Positions 12,867 to 25,878 of a stretch of 64,000 nt of DNA are shown here, piece after piece; the first letter of the stretch is position 1; each line of letters begins with the position of its first letter. Source of the stretch: Chiloscyllium plagiosum (lineage: Eukaryota); the NCBI RefSeq assembly GCF_004010195.1, contig NC_057719.1:86206056-86270055 (forward strand), read 5' to 3'. A program made the translations under genes and the position numbers. The notes under the pieces are model-generated. The model was not told the origin of the DNA. It saw only the letters and a list, made by a program, of their open reading frames with translations, and searched no databases.

Positions 12867-13737
12867 TACCTCTACACAGTTACTGTTTATTAGCTTTTGA
12901 GGGACGGTCATACAGCTGTATAGCATGGAAACAGATCCTTCAGTCCAGCTTGTCCATGATAATCAGACTTCCTAAATAATCTAGCCCCATTTTCCAACAT
13001 TTGGCCCATTTCCACTAAACCCTTCCTATTCATATACCCATCCAGATGCCTCTTAAATGTTGTAATTGCCCAAAGTTCCAATACAATGCACCACTTATAA
13101 AACAGCAATTCGTGCTCCTAGAATTCGAGGAAATCAGCTACAAAACAGTGCAAATAACTCCACCCACTCAGTTGATAAGAATTTATAATATAATATATAC
13201 TGGAGAACTGAAGTGAGTCATAACACTGCTGTACATTACTAGAAGGAATTGCCTTGGCTTTTCTCTAAATTGATCAGCTTGGGTGGATTTTCTATTTACG
13301 TCGTGCGTCCAGGATTTTTGCCAAAGTTGCAACAGCCAATCAGAAGAATTCTCTGCAGAACTTTTTAGGGTAGAGATCAAAAATGTTAAGAGTAAATTTT
13401 GACATTCCAGTGAAGTTTCTATCGTCAAGTGGTGGCATTGCTAGGAACTGACATTTAACCAAAATCTTTGCAGCTCACATCATAATCAAGCCTTTCTAGA
13501 TCAGAATAAGACCATAAGATATAAAAGCACAACCAGGATATTCAGCCCAATCAATCTGCTCCACCATTCAACGAGATCATGGCTGTTCTGATAATCCGTA
13601 ACTCCATTTTCCTGCCTTTTCCCATATAATCCTGATTCCCTTACTGATTAAAAATCTGTCTACCTCAGCCTTAAATGTATTTAATGATCCAGCTTCAAAA
13701 GTCCTCCGTAGTAAAGAATTCCACAGATTCATGAGCT

Positions 13738-14004
13738 ATGGTGACACGGTGGCTCAGTGGTTAGCACTGCTGCCTCACAGCACCAGGGACCCGGGTTCAA
13801 TTCCAGCCTCGGGTTACTGTCTGTGTGGAGTCTGCACATTTTTTCTGTGTCTGTGTGGGTTTGGCCATGCTACGTTTCCCATAGTGTAGGTTATTAGTCA
13901 GGGGTAAGTATAGGGTTGGGTCTGGGTGGGTTACTCTTCAGAAGATCGGTGTAGACTTGTTGGACCGAAGGGCCTGTTTCCACACTGTAGGTATTCAATT
14001 CTAT
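13738..14004 (+). mobile_element. HE1-type SINE inserted in a minus-strand CR1 fragment
   Basis: CACGGTGGCTCAGTGGTTAGCACTGC head; GGACCGAAGGGCCTGTTTCC tail. Confidence 0.85.
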
Positions 14005-14148
14005 GAGAGAAGGATTTGTTTTCATTTCTATTTTAAATGTGTGACCCCTTATACTGAGACCCTCTGTGAAGACTGATGCAGAGTATTTATTCAACTCCTC
14101 TGCCACTTGCTAGTTCCCCATCATTATTTCCCCAGCTGCATTCTCTCA

Positions 14149-14351
14149 GGAGAAAGTGAGGTCTGCAGATGCTGGAGATCAGAGCTGAAAATGTGTTGCT
14201 GGAAAAGCGCAGCAGGTCAGGCAGCATCCAGGGAACAGGAGAATCGACGTTTCGGGCATTCCTGAAGAAGGGCTTATGCCCGAAACGTTGATTCTCCTGT
14301 TCCCTGGATGCTGCCTGACCTGCTGCGCTTTTTCAGCAACACATTTTCAGC
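14149..14351. mobile_element. Head-to-head inverted pair of Penelope family A termini
   Basis: Arms are reverse complements and match 5428-5557; GCATTCTCTCAGG duplicated at 14138-14150 and 14352-14364. Confidence 0.9.
14260..14291 (+). ncRNA. Candidate minimal hammerhead ribozyme (family A)
   Basis: C-CUGAAGA-A-GGGC-UUAU-GCCC-GAAA-CG-UU-GA. Confidence 0.5.
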
Positions 14352-14800
14352 GCATTCTCTCAGGGACCTGTGTTCACTTTCGCATCTATCTTCCTTCCTA
14401 AATATTTAAAAATTTCTTGCTGTCCATCTTGACATTACATGCAAATTTTACCTTTGAAGTTTATTTTCTCCCATTTATGTTTTTGCTGGTTTTTAAAACT
14501 TCACAATCCTCTGGCTTACCACTAACCTTGCCCACATTGTATGATTTTTCTTTCAATCTGATATTATCCTCATCTTCCCTGGTTAGCCACTATTGGTTTA
14601 TTGGTTTCTCACAGGAATATGTCTGAATGTGTTGTCAATGTTTCAGATAAACGTCCCTTTCAGCTTCAGTATGATATTTCTATGTGTCATGACTCCCATA
14701 TGCACAACTATGAATATGACTATTCATTTGACTTACTTATCTTGACATATTCATGGTAACATCCCAAAAATACAATATACAGAGCAGAAACAGCCATTAC

Positions 14801-14914
14801 CTCAGAATCCAGTGCAATATATAAAGCATAGGAAACCATCTCCATAGCCTTTGTGGATCTCAACACTTGTGTCTTCCTGGGTATGATAGTGCCTCCACGC
14901 TGATAAATGGGTAT
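14801..14914 (-). CDS. GANC: GANC coding exon
   Basis: IPIYQRGGTIIPRKTQVLRSTKAMEMVSYALYIALDSE; 114 nt, phase 0 to 0. Confidence 0.94.
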
Positions 14915-17479
14915 CTGCAATGAAACTGGTTATTGCAAAAAAATTGTAGAAAAACAAAACCCTACTGATATTGGTGGGGGGGGGCGGGGCGGGGAGAACT
15001 CGCCATTACAGAAAACATGATCTTTTTCTTCTTCCCTGATTCTTCACTGTATTATAGGGCAAATTACAGGGTTCAAACCAAGACTGTATCCATTTGATTC
15101 AAGTTAAGGGACAGGAATAGAACCTATAGTACATTGCTGGGTATTTACTATAGACTGCCAAATGCTGGGGAAAAAGAAGAGGGAGGAAATCTGGAGGTAC
15201 ACTGCAAAGAAATATAGAAATGATCGAGCAGTAGTAGTAGAGGATTTAAATTACTCTAATGTAGATTGAGGAAGGAAATGGTGGAAAATAGTAAAGTAAA
15301 ATAGTTACGAATTCCCTAAAATACTTACAGGAGAATTTTGCTGAATGAGTATTATTTTAGCTTAATAAGTAATGAAGTATTGCTAGATCTAGTTCTGGAA
15401 TAAAGAACCTGGAATGTGTTCCAAGACAAGAATGTCTGGATAATAGTGATCAGGCTATTATTAGGTTTAAAGTGGTTACTGAAAGGGATAAGAAAAAAAA
15501 AGCTGAAGGAAAATTTTCAGAGATATTGAAACACCATCAGCCATTGGTGGACCGGAAGCAGAAACTAGCCATCATTCTAAATCATTGGTGGGAAAATACT
15601 TGGATGTATTTTTAAGGATAAAATTAATTCTCACACGGATGAAAGGTAAGCCTTGTCTGATTAGTCTGATAAAGTAACGGAGTTGATAAGATTAGTTCCA
15701 CAGATGTTTTTTGGGGGGCTAAATTAGATAAGGATGCACAATTAACCCATAAGCATTGAGTGAAATGCAGGTAACATGCCAGCTTTTCAGTTGGCTGCAC
15801 TGACTATGTGCAAAGGGAAGAAGCATTATGGCTCAGGAGATGCTGGGAATCATGCAGAATGTGTAGTTGCTATGTTTTGCAGAACAGAGGAATGACAAAA
15901 TATGGGAGATCATTGGGTCAGCTGCTGCACTGGAAATCTTAGCTGAGACTGAGAGAAAGAGAGGTGTCATCTATGAAGAGGTCCAGAAACCCTTTGGACA
16001 CATGTGCAAAACTCAACTTGAGTAGATATTGATGAAGTTCAGTGGCACTGAAGATTTGTATTATCTGCCATAAAATGTTTAATTATCTCACAAGACCAGT
16101 TAACATTAATGAGCCTACCTTCAATCCCATATCCATCCAAATGTGCCACTACCCTCAAATTCTGCTCAATTCACCAATTTTTCTTTTTATCCACAAGCAT
16201 TTCTACAAACTAGCAATCATACCCAACATTTATAGCTTTGCCTCATACATTTAGCAATTCCACCAGCTTCACAGGTTATACATACAGCCATCTATTCAAC
16301 AGTGGCAGCTGCATATGCAAAATGCACAACACACACTGATACATTACATTCTCTTGCAAGACAAGGTGGCAACTCTTGGAGGCAATGGCTGAGGTCATGA
16401 ACTCTGGCAGAGCTGAAACCAATGAAGGTGGTGCTATCCTCATACCTAATCCTTCTTCTCACATTCCAGTTTCCTAACAAATCATAATCTGTTTTGATTT
16501 ATAAACGACATAAGTACCCATCACTTACATTTGGCCCCTCATCATAGTTTTTTTTTGATATACCTGAAAGGCAACCTGGCCAGTAGAGGAATACCAACAC
16601 AATTCTTGTCAGCTCAGACATTGACATTGTGCATATGTATGAAGAGAAATCGGAGGTGGGATCAGCACATAGTAAGGCACTATGGCGTTAACATTCTGAA
16701 GGCAGAAACAGTAAAGGTGTCAAACTCAGCAAAAGGTGAAATCAAACACCAATTCCACTGCAGGTGACTAAGATGAGGATTTCAAAGGTAGTGACAGAGA
16801 TGGGTAGGCACAACATAATGTCTGGTGTAATGGGAAGCCTGCCAGATAGCCACTGTTCAATGCTAAGGACCAAATGAGCACAGGGCTTGTTACAAAGTTT
16901 GGTGTCCATCCTTCCCAGTGTGGAAATGGTGGCTAATTTTGTTCAGACACTTCTAAGTCCAACCATGATGGCCAATATCCCAACTTCCATTTTAGCATGA
17001 GTAGCAGCCACCAAGGTCTGAGTGCTGCTGAAAGTTCAGACTGCTGGCGTGCAAGCTCAGCTTGAGGCAATGGAAGCACATAGTGCTGCCATCATGGCTA
17101 TAGATTACTCTGAAAAAAAGGGGTTTTCTATGTATCATAGATATCTAGTATTCTGCCTTCCAAAGGATTACTATAAGCTTGAGAGGTTCTGTTGCAAAAA
17201 TGTTGCAAACATCTCACGTTCAAGACTAGGAGGATCCAGAAGTACAAATAATCATCAATTTTGTTGCTTTTACAGTCATTCCTTACTCTTAGTTGTGGCT
17301 GCGTTTGGTGTCAGACTTCAGTGAGGACATCTGATTGAATTATGGACATTGTTCTTCACTGAGATTCCCACAGGAAAACTGCTCCCTGAAGACCCAGGGT
17401 GGATATGTCTTTCTGCTGAGAATCTTTCTTTCTCTTTTGTTTCCATAGCTTATCTTGTTCTGTATGTCATTATGTCATT

Positions 17480-18905
17480 GAGTCATAGAGATGTACAGCA
17501 TAGAAACAAACCCTTCAGTCCAACTCATCTACACCGACGTGATATCCTAAATTAGTCTAGTCCCATTTGGCTCATATCGCTCTAATTCCTTCCTATTCAT
17601 ATATCTACCTAGATTCCTTTTAAATGTTGTAACTGTACAAGCCTCCACCACCTCCTCTTGCAGCTCATTCCAGAGATAAACTCCCTCTAACTGAAAACAT
17701 TGCCCTTACATCCATTTTATATTTTTCCCCTCTCACTTTAAACCTATACCCTCTCGTTTTTGACTCGGTTACCATGGGGAAAAGACCTTGTCTATTTACC
17801 CTACTCCATGCCCCCCTCATAATTTTATAAATCTCTATAATGTCACCTTTCAACCTCTGATGCTCTAAGGAAAATCGACCCAGCCTGTCCAGTCTCTCTG
17901 TATCGCTCAAACCCTCCAACCCCTGCAACATCCTTGTAAATCTTTTCTGAACTTTTCAAGATTCAGAACATCTTTCCTGCAGCAGGAGATCAGAAGTGAT
18001 GCAGTTTTCCAAAAGAGGCCAAACCAACAGCCTGTGTAGCTGCAACATGACCTCCCAACTGCTATACTCAATGTACTGTCAAATAAAGACAAGTGTACCA
18101 AACACCTTCTTCACCACCCTGTCTACCTGTGACTCCACTTTCAAGGAGCCTGCAAGATCTCTTTGTTTGGCAACACTCCTCAGGACCTTACCATTAAGTG
18201 TATAAGTCCTGCCTGATCTATCTATCCAAAATGCAGCACCTCATATTTATTTATGCAGCACCTCATAAATTAAACTCCATCCGCCACTCCTTGGCCCATT
18301 TGATTAAGATCCTCTTGTACTTTGAGGTAACCTTCTTTGCTCTCCATTATATCACCAATTTTGGCGACATCTGCAAACTTACTAACCATACCTCCTATAT
18401 TCACATCCAAATCATTTATATAAATGACAAAAAGCAGTGGAACCAGCACCAATCTTTGTGGCACACAGGTCACTCGCCTCCAGTCTGAAAAGCAATCCTC
18501 CACCACCACCTTCAAGCCAATTATGTATCCAAATGGCTTCCTCTGCCGGTGTTCCATGATCTAACCTTGATAACCAATCAACCATGATGAACCTTGTTGA
18601 ACATATTGCTGAAGCGCAATGGACAATGTCCACCGCTCTGCCTTCATCAATCATCTTTGTCACTTCTCCAAAAAGCTCAATTAAGTTAGCGAGACATGAT
18701 TTCCCATGCACAAAGCCTTGCTGACTATTCCTAATCAGTCCATGCCTTTCCAAATTCATGTAAGTCTTCTCCCTCAGAATCCCCTCCAACAACTTACTCA
18801 CCACTGACATCAGGCTCACCAGTCTATAGTTCCCTGGCTTTTCTTTATCATCTTTCTGAAATAATGGCATCATGTTAGCCAACCTCCAGTCTTCCAGCAT
18901 CTCAC
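17480..18905 (-). mobile_element. CR1/HER1 LINE RT + 3' end, decayed
   Basis: EDWRLANM.P.F.K..KEKPGNYR, KFADVAK, 3' tail at ~17480. Confidence 0.92.
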
Positions 18906-19132
18906 TTGCAGCTACTAATGTTCTGGCATCTCACCCATGTGCTCATTCTCCCAGTTGTGCCATGTTGCATGTATATATATGAAAAAATTGCTCATTGATG
19001 TCTCTGCCTATAAAATCTGTGCCTGTGTGCTTCTCTCTCACTTCATCTGACAAAGGGGCAACACTCTAAAAGCTTGTGATTTCAAATAAACCTGTTGGAC
19101 TATGATCTGGTATCATCTGACTTCTGACCTTG

Positions 19133-19260
19133 GCAAAAGTGAGGACTGCAGATGCTGGAGATCAGAATCGAGAGTGTGATGCTGGAAAAGCACAGCAGGT
19201 CAGGCAGCATCTGAGGAGGCAGGAGAGTCGACATTTTGGGCAAAAGCCCTTCATCAGGAA
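19133..19260 (-). mobile_element. Penelope family A terminus nested in a family B terminus (host ~19037-19305, +)
   Basis: TGACTTCTGACCTTG duplicated at 19118-19132 and 19261-19275. Confidence 0.85.
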
Positions 19261-19369
19261 TGACTTCTGACCTTGCCCACCCCAGTCCAACACCAGCACC
19301 TTCAAATTATGAGAAAATTGTTCATGCAGTAGACTGAACTTAGGGAAAAGTCTTTTGTGTACTTGCTTC

Positions 19370-20692
19370 CACCACTACCTCTTGCAGCCCATTCCAGGCA
19401 CTCACCACCCTATGTGTGAAAAATTGCCTCTCTGGACCTTTTTGCATCTCTCCCTGTCATCTTAGACCTGTGCCCCTACCATGGGGCAAAGCTCTGCGCT
19501 GTCTACCTTATCTGTGCCTTTCATACTTTTATAGACCTCTATAAGGTCATCCCTCGGTCTCCTATGCTCCAGGGAAAAGGGTCCCAGACTATTCAAGCTC
19601 TCCTTATAACAAACGTTCCAGTACAGGTAGCATCCTAGTAAATCTTTTCTGCACTCTTTCTAGTTTAATAATATCCCTTCTATAGCAGGGTAACCAGAAC
19701 TGCAGACAGTGCTCCAAATGTGGCCTCACCAATATCTTGTACAGCTGCATCTCCTTTAATCAATGTTCTGACCAATGAAAGCTAGCATACTAAAAGCCTT
19801 CTTCACCGCCCTGTCTACCTATGACTCCATTTTCAAGGAGCTATGAACCTGTAACCCAAGATCTCTTTGTTCTGTAGTACTCCCCAGGGCCCTACCATTG
19901 ACTATAAGTCCTACCCTTGTTTGCTTGGCTAAAATGCAACACTTTGCATTTATCTAAATTAAAGTCCATCTGCTATTCCTCAGTCTCACTGGCCCAGTTG
20001 ATCAAGATCTCGCTGAATTCCCAGATAACCTTCTTCATCCTCCACTATATCATAAGTCTTGGTGTCATCCGCAAGCTAACTAACCATACCTCCTAAATTC
20101 TTATCCAAATCATTTATATAAATGATGAATAACAGTGGACCCAGCACCATCCCTGTAGCACATCGCTGGTCACAGGCCTCCAGTCTGAAAAACAACCTTC
20201 TACCATTACCCTCTGCCTTCTACTGTCAAGCCAATTTTGTATCCAGTTGGCTAGGTCTCCCTGAATCCTAAGAGATTTAACCTTACTCAACAACCTACCG
20301 TGCATTACCTTGCTAAAGTCCATGGAAACAGCATCTACTGTACTGCCCTCATCTACTTTCTGGGTCACCCCTTCAAAAAATGCAATCATATTTGTGAGAC
20401 AGGATTTCCTACGTGCAAAGGCAACTATCTCAAATGAGTCCTTGCCTCTCCAAATGCACATAGATCCTGTCTACCCTTTAACAACTTCCCCGCAATGGAG
20501 GTAAGGCTGTAGTTCTCAGGCATTTCCCTGCAGCCTTCCTTAAATAACGGCCCAGCATTAGCCACCCTTCAATCTTCAAGCACGTCACCCATGGCTGTCA
20601 ATGATACAAATATCTCCACTTAGGGCCCTGCAACATCCTCCCTCGCCTACCACAAAGTCCTGGGATACGTTTCATCAGGTCCTAGGGATCTT
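19370..20692 (-). mobile_element. CR1 LINE RT fragment, decayed
   Basis: SCLTNMIAFFE, MDFSK, WIQNWL..RRQRV motifs. Confidence 0.9.
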
Positions 20693-20852
20693 TCCTTGTT
20701 CTGATCACAATTCAGTGGCCCCTGCTAGATGATAACATACATCAGCTTTTTAAAATTTCTCCCAATCTTCATAGTAATTGAGGTGTAGAGAACTGTGGCT
20801 GCAAATCTGGGCACATGTAGTGGTGAAATATGTAAGCAAATAACCTACATTA

Positions 20853-21362
20853 CTTCTGGCAGCATCTGTGGAGAGAAATCAGAGTGAACGTTTCATTTCG
20901 AGTGACCCTTCCTCAGAACTGATGGTAGCTAAGAAAATGCTTGGTTTATCTGCAGAAGATAGGGTTAAGAGAGGGGGTAAGGAGTAAAGGATAGGTGGGA
21001 ATAGAGCCCAAAGAGAGAGAGAAATGAACAGTTAGACAGACAAAGGAGTGAGTAAGGTTCTGGCTGAGACAGTGAATAAGCTATTAATGAGGATTATTAG
21101 TGGCTAACAATGGGTTGTGTGTAATAGCAGATTATATGATAACAATGTGTGTGGGGATTTGGGTAAAGACACGGGAGAGCTCAAACCCTCAAGTTACTGA
21201 ACTCGACATTGAGTCCAGAAGGCTGCAGGGTCCCTAAGCGGAAAACGAGGTGTTGCTCTTCCAGCTTGCACTGAGCTTCAGTGGAGCACTACGGCAAGCC
21301 TGAGACAGAGACTTTGGACAGGGAACAGGGTGCTGAGTTGAAGTAGCAGGCAACTGGAAGCT
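20853..21362 (-). mobile_element. Penelope-like 3' fragment, family C (ORF C-terminus + 3'UTR + terminus)
   Basis: Minus strand encodes ...KLEEQHLVFRLGTLQPSGLNVEF, homologous to the end of 3578-5557; terminus CTGAGGAAGGGTCACTC..GAAACGTT. Confidence 0.8.
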
Positions 21363-21622
21363 CAGGGTTTTCTTTGCCGACAGAGTGTTTTTAACCTCCA
21401 TTGGTTGTTGGACAAATGTTGGCCAGGCCAATGGAGATCTGACTGCTGCTTCAAAACATCACTGTGGGACTTACTGTACCCAAGTCGGAGGGTGGGAGAG
21501 GCCCCCGTCCAAAAGATAGTCCCTCCAACAGAGCAGCACCTCATCACCTCACTCAATGTAGAGGAAGGCCGAGATTTCTGCTGTATTGTAGAGTTTGCCT
21601 GATGTGACGGAGCTAGCACAGT

Positions 21623-21919
21623 GGGTGGCATGGTGGCTCAGTGGTTAGAACTACAGCCTCACAGCACCAAGGTCCCAGGTTCAATTCCAGCCTCGGGCGA
21701 CTGTCTGTGTGGAGTTTGCACATTCTCCCCGTGTCTGCGTGGGTTTCCTCCCACAGTCCAAAAATGTGCAGGTTAGGTGAATTGGCCATGCTAAATTGCC
21801 CGTAGCATTAGGTGTAGGGGAATGGGTATGGGTGGGTTGCAGTTTGGCGGATCGGTGTGGACTTGTTGGGCCGAAGGGCCTGTTTCCACACTGTAAGTAA
21901 TCTAATCTAATCTAATCTA
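21623..21919 (+). mobile_element. HE1-type SINE
   Basis: Head, core, tail and (TCTAA)n. Confidence 0.88.
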
Positions 21920-21959
21920 GCCTGAAAGCGCAAGTGCCTCTCCAAACCTGACATTTTTC

Positions 21960-22299
21960 TATTTATAAAATCATGAGGGGCATGGATAGGGTCTTTTCCC
22001 TGGGGTAGGGCAGTCCAGAACTAGAGAGCATTGGTTTAGGATGAGAGGGGAAAGATATAAAAGAGGACTTTGGGGCAACATTTTCACGCAGAGAGTGGTG
22101 CGAGTACGGAATGAGCTGCCAAAAGAAGTGGCAGAGACTGGTACAATTGCAACATTTAAAAGGCAGCTGGATGGGTGTATGAATAGGACCAGGTGCTGGA
22201 AAATGGGACTAGATTCAGTTAGGATATCTGGTCAGCATGGATGTGTTGGACCGAAGGGTCTGTTTTTGTGCTGTACATCTCCATGACTATGACTCTATG
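21960..22299 (+). mobile_element. CR1/HER1 3' end
   Basis: YKIMRGMDR...FTQRVVRV.NELP; ATGACT-repeat tail. Confidence 0.88.
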
Positions 22300-22418
22300 A
22301 ACTACTGCTTTAAAGATATGACACTGTATGAGAAGAGAATGTTGAGAGAAATCTGTGACAGAATCAGGTGACTAGTTCAGTGACGTCCGCATCAAGGTCA
22401 TCTTACTCCGTCACTCAT

Positions 22419-22868
22419 GGGGAAGTGATGACCCAGTGGCATTATTACTGGATTGTTAATCCAGAGACCGAGGTAATGTTCTAGATTTGAATCAAGAATA
22501 GACTTTTTGGACAAAAACCGTGCTCCTTGGATGCTGCCTGACTTGCTGTGTTTTTCCAGCACCATTCTAATCTTGAAGCTAATTTCCAGCATCTGCAGTA
22601 CCCACTTCTGCCAGTGTTCTGGGTTTGAATCCTGCCTTAGCAGATGGTGGAATTAAGTGTGTAATGATGATCATGAATCTATTGTCAATTGTCAGAATGA
22701 CTCAACTGGTTTACTAATTTAAGGAAGGAAACTGCCATCATTATCTAGTCTGGACTACGTGTGACTCTGGACCACAGCAATGTGGCTGATTCTGAACTGC
22801 CCTCTGGGACATTAGGGACGTGCAATAAATGCTAGCCTAGCCAGTGATATCCTCAGCCTGTGAATGAA
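22419..22868 (+). mobile_element. Second tRNA-like SINE family, interrupted by a Penelope A fragment ~22520-22612; second copy ~54844-55125
   Basis: GGTTTGAATCC B-box-like; TCTGGACTACGTGTGACTC core; tail shared with second LINE family. Confidence 0.7.
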
Positions 22869-23329
22869 TTATAAGAAAAGGTCAACCAGTCAATCCACAC
22901 TCTCTTATCATATAATGTAAGATGTTGTTTTTCCTTTACTTTGGCATTGAGAATTGCCCTAATGAATGCAAGACAAAAATGTCTATTGTCAGTAATACAC
23001 TAGCTAAAAATTTTGATTATCCCTTTTAAATAGTGTTGATGATACTGTCTTTTCTTCATATCTTTCAGTTGTTGGAGAATCAGAGAAGAGACTGAGGGAG
23101 CTTTGAGCTTGAAATGGCAACGTGGCATCAAGTCAACATTGCATGTTGATAGGGGTCATGAATGGTCAGTTCTGAATAGTTTGGGTGGATGCTATCTAAC
23201 AAGTTTACCAAGATGGCATGCAAAACAACTCACAGCAGAAATATGTGCACACGTATCAGAAGCTATTTTAGTCCCAGACAGCACCCAAACAGTGGGTATG
23301 ATTGAATTAAATGTAATCCTAATAGACTT

Positions 23330-24470
23330 GCAAAAGAAATTTGATAAAGGCTTATTAAAAACAGAAGCACATCATCTCAAAGAGATGGCAGTAACTTGGG
23401 TAGTAACTAGTAAAGGTTAAGAAGGCGAAAATGATTTTTCCTGATTGGAGAGAAGTATGCAAAGGTGTCCTCTAGGAGTTACATATAAATAAATTTGATT
23501 TGTGCACAGAGTGTGATTTTGAAGTCTAATTATGATTCAAAACTTTCCAATGTAGTAAATAAAATGACAGCAGCAAACCTCAGGAGAATATCCAGGCATT
23601 GGTGAAAATGTGCAGGCACATGGCAGATGAAATTTAATGCAGGCAAAAATGAAGTGAAGAATTTAAGAACAACAACATGTAGTAGCAGTTTTAACCCATG
23701 ATATTAATTTGAGGGAATACCATGAACAAAGGAATGTGGAGATACATGTGCTTATATATTTTAAGATAGCTGAAAAATGAAGCAGTTATAAAAATGTTAT
23801 GTTGCAAATATGGGTATTGTCAAAAAAAAGGGAGCCATCCAGAAACTTTAGAAACCAAGGAAAAACATAAATGGGAATATTAAGTACAACTCTGGGCACC
23901 ATACTTTAGAAAAGATATCACGGTTTTGGAGAGGGCTTGGAAGAGGTTTGCTAACACGATACCAGATTAAAGATTTTCAGTTTTGGAGAGTTTGGAAAAG
24001 CAGAAAGCATTAAGGGCAGGTCTATTAGAGGTATTCAATAGAAAGGAAACCTACATCCTCTGGAAAGTGGGTTGATAACCAAATTAAAATAATTGGCAAA
24101 ATAACTAGAAGGAATGGAGGAGAATGATTTTAACACTTAAATCTGTTAAGTTGTTAAGTATATTCATTAAAAGAGTGGAAAAGTGTGGCGCTGGAAAGGC
24201 ACAGCAGATCAGGCAGCATCCAAGGAGCAGGAGAATCGACCTTTCCGCCTTAAGCCATTCCTGATGAAGGGCTTATGCACGAAACATCGATTCTCATGTG
24301 CCTTTCCATTGCCACATTTTTCCAGTCTAATCTCCAGCATCTGCAGTCCTCACTTTCTCCAAGTCACAAAAAGAGTAGTCAATTTAGATTCCACTGAACT
24401 TTTCCCAAAGTTATTGGGCACATACTTGAAGAGAACTAAAATTACACAGTTATGGGGAAAAAGCTGTGGT
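23330..24470 (+). mobile_element. Highly decayed CR1 RT/3' region
   Basis: DLQKKFDK, TGGCAGATGAAATTTAAT, TTCTGGGCACCATAC-like remnants. Confidence 0.65.
24178..24360. mobile_element. Inverted pair of Penelope family A termini (diverged), inside an old CR1
   Basis: Same motifs (GCAGCATCCAAGGAGCAGGAGAATCG / CCTGATGAAGGGCTTATG / CATCTGCAGTCCTCACTTTCTCC). Confidence 0.85.
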
Positions 24471-24577
24471 GTGGGCACTTTCAGAGATGCAACACAGGCA
24501 AGGCAGATGAAATAGTCTCCCTTCTGCTTTTCGATTCTGTGATGTTCTGTATTAATGCTCAATGTGTACAAATATAC

Positions 24578-25475
24578 ACCACCTTCAGCTGGTTGATCAA
24601 TAACCTTCCCTCCATCGTAATATTAGTTATGGGAACACTCACTGATGATTGCACAATATTCAGTAACATTTGTGACTTCTGAGATATTGTAGCAGTCTAG
24701 TCTATATGCAGGAGGACCTGGGGAACATTCAGGCTTGGGCTGATAAATGGGGAGTATGATTTCTGCTACACATATTTGGCAATGGCCATCTCCAGCGCAA
24801 AAGAATTAACAACTAGATTAATCTCCTTGACATTCAATTATCTTACTATGGTTGAATCCCCTAGTATCAACACTGTTGGGAGCTACCAGAAACTGAAATG
24901 AACCAACCATATAGGCACTTTGATTACAAGAGCAGATCAGAATTTGGGACTCTGTGAAAAATCACTCATCTCCTGATTCTTCAAGACTTGCCCAAAGGCA
25001 CAAGTCAGGAGTGTGATGGGATACTCTTCACTTGCCTGGATTAGTGCAGCTCCAATAACATTCAAGAAGCTCAACACTATCCAAAACAAAATCAGCTTCT
25101 TGGTTGACACCTGACCTACCATTTTCAATGTATACTCTTTCACCATGAACCCACAGTGGAAGCAGTGGCACCAAGATGCACTGCAGCAACTCAGCAAGAC
25201 TTCCTGCAGCACCTTCTAAACACATGACCTGTGCCAACAAGAAAGACAAGGGCAGAAGGTATATGGGAACACCACCACCTGCAGGTTTCACTCCAAGTCA
25301 CAATCCATTCCAACTCATCCTCCAACACATCCTGGATGAAAATCCTGGAACTCTGTTCCTAACAGCACATGGACTGCAGCAGTTTAAGAATTTCACTCTC
25401 CACAAACCTTCTCAAGGGTAACTTGAGATGACCTAATACTGACCTAGCTAACAACATCCGCATCCTCTGAAAATT
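24578..25475 (+). mobile_element. Second LINE family (CR1/L2 group) RT 3' end; other fragments ~3340-3577 + 5558-5710, ~43380-44078, ~55140-56420
   Basis: INNLPS...DDCTIF; shared CATGGACTGCAGCAGTTCAAGAAGG motif and GCAATAAATGCTGG..GCCAGTGA tail. Confidence 0.7.
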
Positions 25476-25539
25476 TAATGAAAACTTTTAGATTGTAAAT
25501 AATACCATAAACAGCAACGTATAAAGTTAAGAAAAACAT

Positions 25540-25878
25540 GGGGCAGCATGGTAGCTCAGTGGTTAGCACTGCTGCCTCACAGTGCCAGGGACTTGGGTTC
25601 GATTTCAGCCTTGGGCGACAGTCTGTGTAGAGTGTGCACATTCTCCCCTTATTTGCATGTATTTCTTTCAGGTGTTCCAGTTTCCTCCCACAGTCCAAAT
25701 ATGTACAGTTCAGGTGAATTGGCCAAGCTAAATTGCCCAGAGTGTTCAGGGTAGATGTAGGATATAGTCATGAGAAATGTAGAGTTACAGGGTAGGGGCC
25801 TGAATGGGATACTGTTTGGAGGGTTGGTGTACTTGTTGAGCCTAATGGCCTGTTCCCACACTGCAGGGATTCTATGAT
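25540..25878 (+). mobile_element. HE1-type SINE (older)
   Basis: Head, core and tail motifs. Confidence 0.85.

Noticed and set aside
15850..17250. Possible PIF/Harbinger DNA transposon remnant (also ~40440-40660, ~47310-47400)
   Set aside because: Only a vague resemblance; no translatable DDE motif or paired TIRs could be shown.
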